A DNA stretch of 64,000 nucleotides from Pseudomonadota bacterium. GTDB taxonomy: Bacteria > Pseudomonadota > Alphaproteobacteria > Rhizobiales > JANQQB01. The notes beneath the pieces were generated by a model. It was not told the DNA's origin. It worked only from the letters and a program-made list of their open reading frames with translations, and searched no databases. This document shows, piece after piece, positions 57,126-64,000 of the stretch. The stretch lies in NCBI GenBank assembly GCA_038745065.1, contig JBCDLT010000032.1:1225-65224 (forward strand). The letters run 5' to 3'. How positions within the stretch are numbered: position 1 is the stretch's first letter; the number at the start of each line of letters is the position of its first letter. The position numbers and the translations under genes are program-made.

Positions 57126-57692
57126 CTACAACAGACGCTCTCTCACATGGATCGTGTCGCCGGGGCGGATCGGGTCCGTAATTGGCACGCGGCCGGTGAT
57201 CACTTCGCCGTTGATCGTGCGCGTGACGACCACATGCTTTTGTTGGGCGCGGGCGGTGAACCCGCCGGCGATCGCGACCGCGGTCTGGGCGGTCATGCCC
57301 GCCACATAGGAATACTGACCGGCGCTGTTGACCTCACCCATGATGAAGAACGGACGGTATTGCGCGATCTCGACCGAGACGTCCGGATCCCGAAGATAGC
57401 CGTTGCGCAGGCGTTGGCCGATATCGTTGGCGAGGTCGCCGGTAGTACGGCCGCGCGCCGCAACCTGGGCGATCAACGGCACCGTTATGTACCCGCTCTG
57501 GTCGACGATGTAGGTGTTGGTCAGGTCTTCCTGCCCGAACACGGTGACCCGCAATTGATCGCCGCTGTCCAGTCGGTAGGATTCCGTCAATGCCTCATGA
57601 AACGCCGTCGCCGGTTTTTGATAGCCTGTGCACGCCCCGGCCAAGAGCCCGAGCGAGAGGACGGTAAGCACCGCGACAAAAGTCCTGACCAT
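57126..57692 (-). CDS. Polysaccharide export outer-membrane lipoprotein (Wza/GumB/ExoF-like: Poly_export + SLBB)
   Basis: Lipobox LLAGAC. YRL..GD.L.V.VFG.EDLT..Y.VD..G.I..PLI..V.A.G.T...L...I...L..GYL.DP.V.V.I..YRPF.I.GEV...G.Y. Confidence 0.9.
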   Translation of the reverse strand: MVRTFVAVLTVLSLGLLAGACTGYQKPATAFHEALTESYRLDSGDQLRVTVFGQEDLTNTYIVDQSGYITVPLIAQVAARGRTTGDLANDIGQRLRNGYLRDPDVSVEIAQYRPFFIMGEVNSAGQYSYVAGMTAQTAVAIAGGFTARAQQKHVVVTRTINGEVITGRVPITDPIRPGDTIHVRERLL

Positions 57693-57771
57693 ATTCGTTC
57701 AGCCCACACTGTACACGAGGGCACAATGCGGCGAGGGCTGTTAAGGAATGGTAAACCAAGCATTTTTGCAT

Positions 57772-57793
57772 CTTGTTAAGTATTGTTAACAAG
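57772..57793. promoter_or_regulatory. Palindrome cttgttaa-N6-ttaacaag in the AT-rich divergent promoter region of the polysaccharide locus (candidate operator)
   Basis: Perfect 8-bp inverted repeat read directly. It lies about 100 nt upstream of the PCP gene start and about 80 nt upstream of the exporter gene start. Confidence 0.25.
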
Positions 57794-57894
57794 AATTAAT
57801 CACAAATAACAAATATTAAATATTCGAATTTCCGCCATTAACGCTCTGATTACCATACTTGTGCACGATTACGGCAAGTTTTGGAGTGCGAGTC

Positions 57895-60372
57895 ATGAAT
57901 GCTGTGCATGGACAAGGCGGGCCTGATGCCGAACTCGATTTCGGTCGGCTGCTGCGGGCGATTCTGGATGCCTGGGTGTGGATCACCGCAGTGGTCGTCA
58001 TTACGGCAGTCGTCACCTATGTCGGGGTCAGCCTGATTGCGCCGAAATACCGGGCTGAAACCAAGATCCTGATCGAAAGCCAGGACACCGCGCTGACCGG
58101 CAGTCCGCGGGGCCAGGAAGAACAGCGCGCCGTCCTCGACCAGCAGGGCGTGATTTCCCAGGTTCAACTGCTGGAATCGGTTGACCTGGCCCGCAGCGTC
58201 ATCCGTTCGAAGAACCTTGCGGCCCTGTCTGAATTCAATCCCTCGGTCGGCAGCCTGCTGCCGAGTCTTTCCGATATCACCGCCCTGTTTTCTGTCGCGG
58301 AGGACACCGGGGAAGGGGCGAACGAAAGCACAGCTGCGAACGAACAGGCAATCCGCGCACAGGGCGTTTCCGACAAGGTGCTGGAACGGTATTTCAAGCG
58401 CCTCGAGGTCTATCAGATCGAGGATTCCCGAGTGATCGTGGTGCGTTTCTGGAGCACCGATCCCGATCTTGCCGCCGAAATCGCCAATGCGATCGTTGCC
58501 GAATATTCCAAGATCCAGGCCGACGCCAAACGCACGTCGACAAAGAGCACGATCGCGTTCCTGGAGCCGGAGATCCAGACGCTGCAGAATCAGGCCCGCG
58601 CCGCACAGCGCCGGGTCGTTGAGTTTCGTGCCGGTGCCGATCTGTTGCTCGGCGCCGACAACCAGACGCTCACCCAGCAGCAATTGAGCGAACTCAATTC
58701 GCAATTGTCGGCCGCGCGCGCGCGGAAATCGGATGCCGAGGCCAAGGCCGGCCTGATTCTGGAATTGCTGCGCTCCGGCAGCGCGCTGGAGACTGCATCC
58801 GATGTTCTCGGCAGCGCGTTCATCCAGCGTCTGCGCGAGCGCCAGGTCGCGCTCCGCGCCCGCATCGCGGAACTCTCCACGACGCTTTTGCCGAACCATC
58901 CGGAAATCAAGGGGTTACGGTCGCAGCTTGCGGACTTGGAGGAGCAGATTTCGTCCGAGGCCCGCAAGATCGTTCGCGGGTTCGAAAGCGAGGCACGGCT
59001 TGCCGAGGCCCGGGTTCAGGCCTTGCGGAACAATCTGGACGAACTGAAATCCCAGGTCGCACGCGCCAATGAACAGGAAGTGCGGTTGAACGAGCTCGAA
59101 CGCGAGGCCGCGGTCACGACCGCACGGCTAGAGGAGCGCCTCGTCCAGTACCGGGCCGCCAATGCGCGCAAGACGGCAGCCGTCATTCCGGTCGATGCCC
59201 GACCGATTTCCAGCGCCACGCCGCCTTCCAAATCCTTTGCCCCGAAGAAAAAAGCAATCACGGCGGGCGTAACCCTGGCCGCATTGCTCTTGTGCCTCGG
59301 CTTCGTGGTGATGCGCGAATTCATCCGCGGCAGCGCCTTCATTTACGCCGAAGAGGCCGTGCCGGAGGCCCCGACATCCGCCGCGCTCGGCCCGTATCCG
59401 GACGCCGCCGCCCTGGCAAGTGCGCTGCAGGCCGCCTATGGCAGCCCGGCCGTCGCTCCGACGCCGGCCGCGACGGAGCCTGCAAGAGCGCCGGAAACCG
59501 CCGATACTTCCGAGAGCGACGGAGGAGGCGACCGCCGCCGCCGTGCGCGCCGGGGTGACGACGGCCCGCGCCTGGCTGAAGACATCGCCGAGCCGCAAGT
59601 TGTCGCCCAGACTGAAGTGGCGGCAGAGCCGAAAGCTGAAATCCAGGCCGAGCCCGAACCCGCGGCGCAGCGGGAACCGGAGGTCGTGACACCGACCGCA
59701 CAGCCCGCCGTACAGCCGGTCCGCGGCGCGGGGCGAGCGGCGCGCCGGTCCGGCATCAAAGCCGCAGCTTCGCACCTGATCCGACCCTATGCGGAATGCT
59801 ACGACTGGCTTGAGGCGAACGACCTGGGTTGCGTCATGGTCTCAGCCCGCAAGGATGCCGATCTTGCCGTCGACACCGCGCTTGAACTGGCGCGCGAGAC
59901 GACCGATGACGGCCAGAGCTGCATTGTCATCCTGCTTGACGGCGACGCCGATGCGATCGAGGCAAGCGGCGAACCGGACACGGCAATCGGGTTTGCCGAA
60001 CTGCTCGACGGCGAAGCCGGCTTTTCCGACGTCATCTATCAGGACGTCGCCAGCCGCGCTCATATCATCCCGCCGGGTCGCAATCCGTTTGCGGTCGGCG
60101 ACATCGACGCCGCGGAGTTCGGATTCCTGGTCGACGCGCTCGCCCAGACTTACGACCGGGTTGTTATCTCCATGGGCACGCTGGGTGCCGATCTCGGAAC
60201 GGCCGACCTTCTGAAAGCCGCGGACAGTATCGTGCTGGGTGTCGATTGGGGCCAGGACGAGGCATGGGGCATCGCCGCATTCGAAACGCTGACCGCACAC
60301 GGATTCGGTCATGTTTTCGTAACCATGGCGCCGATTTTTGCCCCGGACGAGGACCTGGAAGACGCCGCGTGA
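57895..60372 (+). CDS. Polysaccharide co-polymerase (Wzz/GumC/ExoP-like) with Pro/Ala-rich linker and a degenerate BY-kinase-like C-terminal domain
   Basis: TM1, then a Wzz motif (IAPKYRAETKILIE), a long coiled-coil periplasmic region, and TM2 (AITAGVTLAALLLCLGFVVM). A low-complexity P/A/E linker follows. The P-loop-fold-like tail (YDRVVISMG...) lacks GxxGxGK(S/T). Start at ATG 57895, preceded by GGAGTG. Confidence 0.85.
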   Translation: MNAVHGQGGPDAELDFGRLLRAILDAWVWITAVVVITAVVTYVGVSLIAPKYRAETKILIESQDTALTGSPRGQEEQRAVLDQQGVISQVQLLESVDLARSVIRSKNLAALSEFNPSVGSLLPSLSDITALFSVAEDTGEGANESTAANEQAIRAQGVSDKVLERYFKRLEVYQIEDSRVIVVRFWSTDPDLAAEIANAIVAEYSKIQADAKRTSTKSTIAFLEPEIQTLQNQARAAQRRVVEFRAGADLLLGADNQTLTQQQLSELNSQLSAARARKSDAEAKAGLILELLRSGSALETASDVLGSAFIQRLRERQVALRARIAELSTTLLPNHPEIKGLRSQLADLEEQISSEARKIVRGFESEARLAEARVQALRNNLDELKSQVARANEQEVRLNELEREAAVTTARLEERLVQYRAANARKTAAVIPVDARPISSATPPSKSFAPKKKAITAGVTLAALLLCLGFVVMREFIRGSAFIYAEEAVPEAPTSAALGPYPDAAALASALQAAYGSPAVAPTPAATEPARAPETADTSESDGGGDRRRRARRGDDGPRLAEDIAEPQVVAQTEVAAEPKAEIQAEPEPAAQREPEVVTPTAQPAVQPVRGAGRAARRSGIKAAASHLIRPYAECYDWLEANDLGCVMVSARKDADLAVDTALELARETTDDGQSCIVILLDGDADAIEASGEPDTAIGFAELLDGEAGFSDVIYQDVASRAHIIPPGRNPFAVGDIDAAEFGFLVDALAQTYDRVVISMGTLGADLGTADLLKAADSIVLGVDWGQDEAWGIAAFETLTAHGFGHVFVTMAPIFAPDEDLEDAA

Positions 60373-60564
60373 GCCTGACTTAAGGCGATCGTAACGCGCC
60401 TGCGCAACATTCGTTCGCCAGCCGGGGACGCCGGTCCGATACCGATGGGGCGCGGTCCACCGGCAGCGCGGCCGGATGGCGTAACGCGAACGAACCGATT
60501 CCACGGATAGTCGCACGGACGGCATCGACAGGCCCCCGATCGATCGCCGGACAGGGGAGAGGCA

Positions 60565-61623
60565 ATGCCTGCCACATCGTTGTACAAGGCCGCAGCAACG
60601 CTGATTGCATCGTCCGGTCTGGCGACCTTGTGTGCACCGTTTACCGGCGGCATGGGCACGATTTTCACCCTGCATCGGGTCATCCCCCGTCGGCGCGACA
60701 CGGACTTTCAACCGAACAAGCACCTCGCCGTCACGCCTGAATTTCTCGACAGCGTTATCGCGCGCGTTCGCCGTCGCGGGTACGACATCGTCACGCTGAC
60801 CGATGCGGTCCGCCGTCTGAAGACCGGTCGGTCGGACCGGCCGTTCTGCGCATTCACGCTGGACGACGGTTATCGCGACAACATCGAGTATGCCTTGCCG
60901 GTGTTCCGCAAACACGACGCGCCTTTCACGGTCTTTGTCTGCACCGACGTGATCGACGGAACCGCCGTCCTTTGGTGGGAAATCCTCGAAGCCGTGCTTG
61001 CGTCGACCGACAGGGTCGAATTCGATACCGGCAAGGACGTTCTGAGCATTTCCGTGCCGGATGCCCTGGCCAAATGCGATGCGTCGCGCACGATCGAAAA
61101 ACACCTCTTGGCGATTCCCAGCGAAGCGGAGGCGCGGGCGCGTGTGATTGCACTCGCCGAGCAATACGGGGTCGACCACAAGGCGATCTGCCGCGCCCTC
61201 GGCGCGACCTGGGAAGAAATGAAGCGGGCCGTCAAGGATCCCTTGTTCCATGTCGGCGCCCACACGGTGAGCCATCCGTTCCTGTCGCGCCTGTCGGAAG
61301 CTGAAATCCGTGCCGAGGTCAGCCGGGGCAGGACCCGACTGGAAGCCGAGCTCGATGTCTATATCGAACACTTTGCCTATCCCTACGGCTTCAAGGAAGC
61401 CTGTGCGAAGCGCGAATTCGAAATCGTCGGCACGATGGGGTTCAAATCGGCGGTGACGACACGGCCCGGCGTTTTGGTGGCTGACCACGCCAGAACCCTG
61501 CAGGCGCTGCCGCGCGTATCGCTTAACGGAAACTACCAGAACCGCGCTATGGTCGATTCGCTGATCAGTGGTGTGCCGTTTTTCATCGGCAACGGTTTTC
61601 GCCGCGCGCCCGTTCTGACCTGA
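60565..61623 (+). CDS. Polysaccharide deacetylase (CE4/NodB homology domain) family protein
   Basis: AFTLDDGYRDN (TFDDG motif), HTVSHPFLS (H..SH motif), YPYG. Confidence 0.9.
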   Translation: MPATSLYKAAATLIASSGLATLCAPFTGGMGTIFTLHRVIPRRRDTDFQPNKHLAVTPEFLDSVIARVRRRGYDIVTLTDAVRRLKTGRSDRPFCAFTLDDGYRDNIEYALPVFRKHDAPFTVFVCTDVIDGTAVLWWEILEAVLASTDRVEFDTGKDVLSISVPDALAKCDASRTIEKHLLAIPSEAEARARVIALAEQYGVDHKAICRALGATWEEMKRAVKDPLFHVGAHTVSHPFLSRLSEAEIRAEVSRGRTRLEAELDVYIEHFAYPYGFKEACAKREFEIVGTMGFKSAVTTRPGVLVADHARTLQALPRVSLNGNYQNRAMVDSLISGVPFFIGNGFRRAPVLT

Positions 61624-61647
61624 GCGCCGATACACAAATCCGCACAA

Positions 61648-61863
61648 TTAGTTTGCCGCGGCCTCCGGTTTGCTCATCCACTTGATGATCAGGCCCGTCG
61701 GAAGCACCCAGGCGAGCCCGGCCACCGAATAATACAGCAATTGCACCTGCCAGGACGTCTCGGGCAGGAGAGCGGAGGCGAGCATCATCGCCGCCAGCGC
61801 GTAGACGGTGACGAAGGGCACGATGATCAGAGTGCCGATCAGTTTGCGGATTTTCGGTGTCAT
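61648..61863 (-). CDS. Small two-TM membrane protein (DUF2842-like)
   Basis: 71 aa, MTPKIRKLIGTLIIVPFVTVYALAAMMLA...LLYYSVAGLAWVLP. Divergent from ctaA, as is commonly seen in Alphaproteobacteria. Confidence 0.7.
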   Translation of the reverse strand: MTPKIRKLIGTLIIVPFVTVYALAAMMLASALLPETSWQVQLLYYSVAGLAWVLPTGLIIKWMSKPEAAAN

Positions 61864-61865
61864 TT

Positions 61866-62186
61866 TAGTACCTCGACACAGAGATTTCGATGGTTTGATG
61901 GCGAAGACTCGTGCCTGGGCTGGGCGCGTCGCGCAGCGCGATCACAACGGCGATGTTTCGCCGTTGTCCTTTGCCCGACAAATCGGAAACATCCGATTTG
62001 TTTTAGATCGGGCATGCGGCGCAACGACGCCCAGGCACGAGCCTTCGCCACCGAAGGCCGATTTCTCCTGGATTTTGGACGTCGTTGCCCTGTTTGAACG
62101 ATGTCCCACATCGCTCTTCACAGGGCGCCTAGCCAAAATCCAGGACAAACCGGTCAAACCATCGAAATCTCTGTGTCGAGGTACTA
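61866..62186. mobile_element. MITE-like non-coding element with perfect 33-bp terminal inverted repeats (or 31-bp TIRs flanked by a TA duplication)
   Basis: 61866-61898 tagtacctcgacacagagatttcgatggtttga is the exact reverse complement of 62154-62186 (checked base by base). Nested internal inverted repeats are present. No credible ORF. Confidence 0.7.
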
Positions 62187-62292
62187 GTTGACCTGGCTGC
62201 ATGCGGCGTTGAGTCTGGTACGTCTTTCTTGAGCTGATGGATTGGAGCGACTAGGGCTATAGCCCGAAACGATCCGCCCTGCGAGCCGCCGT

Positions 62293-63384
62293 ATGACGAT
62301 AGCGTCGATTGGAAACACTGCCGAACACGCCCGACCCGAAACCGGGGCGAGGGAGGAGTCGCATGCCGCGTTGCGTTTGTGGCTGCTTGTTGTTGGCGCG
62401 ATGATTGTTGCCATGGTGCTTGTCGGCGGCGCGACGCGGCTGACCGATTCCGGCCTGTCGATCACGGAATGGAAGCCGATCCACGGTGTGATCCCGCCCA
62501 TGAACGCGGCGGAATGGGCCGAGGAATTCGACAAATACCGGCAGATTCCGGAATACCAGCAGATCAACAAGGGCATGAGCCTTTCGCAATTCCAGTTCAT
62601 CTATTGGTGGGAATGGGGGCATCGGCTTCTGGGCCGCGCCATCGGCGTCGCGTTTGCGGTTCCGCTGGCGATCTTCTGGTTTGCCGGCATGGTGCCCGGC
62701 TGGCTTAAGCCGCGTCTTGTCGCGCTGCTGGCGCTCGGTGGACTGCAGGGGGCGATCGGCTGGTGGATGGTCACGTCGGGCCTGGTTGAGCGCACGGATG
62801 TCAGCCAGTACCGGCTTGCCGTTCACCTGACGCTTGCCTTTGTCATTCTCGCCTACATCGCCTGGCTGTACGCCAGGCTGACGCCGGTGCTCGAAGCGCG
62901 CGATGGTGCGGGCAAGGACGTCCAGGTCTGGTCGGCGCTGCTGGTCGCGGGTTTGGTCTTACAGGTCTTTCTCGGCGGTCTGGTTGCCGGGCTCGATGCC
63001 GGCATGACCTTCAACACCTGGCCGTTGATGGACGGTGCGATTGTGCCGTCCGGCCTGTGGCTGATGGATCCGGTCTGGGTCAATCATTTTGAAAACATTG
63101 CTACCGTGCAGTTCCAGCACCGGATGTCGGCCTATGCGCTCGTTGTACTGGCTGGATTTGTCGCCTGGCGCACGATGAGCACCGGCGCGGGACTGGCCGC
63201 CCGCCGCGCGGCCTGGGCCGTGAGCGGCCTGGTTGTTGCCCAGGCATTGACCGGCATCGTCACGCTCCTGATGCAGGTGCCGCTGTCCTGGGCCTTGATG
63301 CATCAGGGCCTGGCCTGTTTGTTGCTGATCGCCTGCATCGTGCATTTGCGAACGGTCACGCGGCTGCCCGATCCGGCCGCGTGA
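62293..63384 (+). CDS. ctaA: Heme A synthase (COX15/CtaA)
   Basis: ...GGATRLTDSGLSITEWKPI.G..PP....EW..EF.KY..IPEY...N.GMSL..F..IYWWEWGHR.LGR... with the second His-containing half (FQHRM.AY). Confidence 0.9.
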   Translation: MTIASIGNTAEHARPETGAREESHAALRLWLLVVGAMIVAMVLVGGATRLTDSGLSITEWKPIHGVIPPMNAAEWAEEFDKYRQIPEYQQINKGMSLSQFQFIYWWEWGHRLLGRAIGVAFAVPLAIFWFAGMVPGWLKPRLVALLALGGLQGAIGWWMVTSGLVERTDVSQYRLAVHLTLAFVILAYIAWLYARLTPVLEARDGAGKDVQVWSALLVAGLVLQVFLGGLVAGLDAGMTFNTWPLMDGAIVPSGLWLMDPVWVNHFENIATVQFQHRMSAYALVVLAGFVAWRTMSTGAGLAARRAAWAVSGLVVAQALTGIVTLLMQVPLSWALMHQGLACLLLIACIVHLRTVTRLPDPAA

Positions 63385-63464
63385 TCGCGCCTGTAAGGTC
63401 TGTCCGTCTCGACTTGCTGTTCCGCCTGTCCTAAACCCATGGCAAGCGACATGGGGAAAACAGC

Positions 63465-64000
63465 ATGGCGGGCGGGGCGACACGCATCGACTGGACCATC
63501 TGGTTTCTCGCCGTCTCCCAGACCCTGACTTGGGCCGGACTCTATTATGCCTTCCCGGCCATGCTCGTGCATTGGGAGGCCGGCACGGGCTGGTCTAAGA
63601 CGGATCTGACGGCCTGTTTTACCGCTGCGATCGCCGCCTCGGCGCTGGCCTCGCCCTATGCCGGGCGTCTGATCGACCGCGGCTTCGGTCCCTATACGCT
63701 GGCCGGCGGCGCGTTGGCCGGTGGCGTGACGATGGGCCTGTTGGCCTTTGCTGACAGTTTTGTCCTGTTTTTCCTGGGCTGGGTGCTGATCGGGCTGATG
63801 CTTTCAGCCTGTCTCTACGATCCCTGTTTTGCGCTTGTGACCCGTGCCCGGGGCGCGGCCGCACGGCGCGCCATCACGCTGATCACGCTCGTTGCGGGAT
63901 TGGCCGGAACCGTTGCCTTTCCGATGGCGCATGGCGTGGTAGAGGCTTTCGGTTGGCGTGCGGCAATGATCGCTTTTTCGGTCATGGTCTGCGGCATCGC
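63465..64000 (+). CDS. MFS-type transporter, 3'-partial (runs off the window)
   Basis: Translated by hand from ATG 63465: MAGGATRIDWTIWFLAVSQTLTWAGLYYAFPAML...YAGRLIDRGFGP... Successive hydrophobic segments and no stop before nt 64000. It is absent from the ORF track because it is unterminated. Confidence 0.75.
   Translation, partial: MAGGATRIDWTIWFLAVSQTLTWAGLYYAFPAMLVHWEAGTGWSKTDLTACFTAAIAASALASPYAGRLIDRGFGPYTLAGGALAGGVTMGLLAFADSFVLFFLGWVLIGLMLSACLYDPCFALVTRARGAAARRAITLITLVAGLAGTVAFPMAHGVVEAFGWRAAMIAFSVMVCGI

Noticed and set aside
59842-61647. A 601-aa minus-strand ORF overlapping the PCP and deacetylase genes.
   Set aside because: This is an antisense artefact. The plus-strand products have clear Wzz-like and CE4 motifs.
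61808-62202. ORFs of 83-127 aa inside the MITE-like element.
   Set aside because: They cross the inverted repeats and have arbitrary composition. The region is better explained as a structured non-coding element.

Overview
This is a high-GC alphaproteobacterial chromosome segment. Its gene order is typical of Hyphomicrobiales/Rhizobiales: hemB-RDD-bpt; glyA-nrdR-ribD-riboflavin synthase-ribH-nusB-thiL; yceD-plsX-fabH-ihfA-merR; DUF2842/ctaA. That taxon call is inference from synteny only.

Content from left to right:
(1) The 3' 11.1 kb of a giant RTX-type Ca2+-binding repeat protein. Its reading frame is open to the window edge, and it contains two families of tandem coding repeats.
(2) An Aer-like PAS gene followed by a soluble MCP gene.
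(3) A housekeeping block: EEP-family protein, bpt, hemB, a valine-catabolism cluster, a MarR/L,D-transpeptidase pair, glyA, the nrdR-rib-nusB-thiL genes, an MFS transporter, the H+-pyrophosphatase, bamE, and plsX-fabH-ihfA.
(4) A 3.3-kb gene for an unusual propeller-like + RCC1 + Ig-like + RTX secreted protein.
(5) A GAF-PAS-GGDEF-EAL protein.
(6) A patchy low-GC accessory stretch of about 7.6 kb ending at tRNA-Pro(GGG). It carries an atypical RTX-like protein, an AraC regulator, a truncated SRAP gene, two VPLPA/PEP-CTERM-type sorting-signal proteins (one with an in-frame TAG), a degraded IS630-family transposase, and a papain-like peptidase gene frameshifted at its catalytic Cys.
(7) A compact Wzy-type polysaccharide locus (polymerase, priming transferase, GT4, Wza-like exporter, PCP with a degenerate kinase domain, CE4 deacetylase) that resembles holdfast/unipolar-polysaccharide loci by gene content.
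(8) A 321-bp MITE-like element with perfect 33-bp terminal inverted repeats between a DUF2842 gene and ctaA.

I saw no rRNA, CRISPR array, integrase, intact transposase or recognisable defence system. The strongest candidates for novelty are the RCC1-RTX protein, the VPLPA-CTERM/peptidase island, the MITE and the adhesin-like polysaccharide locus.

All domain calls are by-eye motif recognition without database searches. GC statements are hand counts on a few 60-nt lines.
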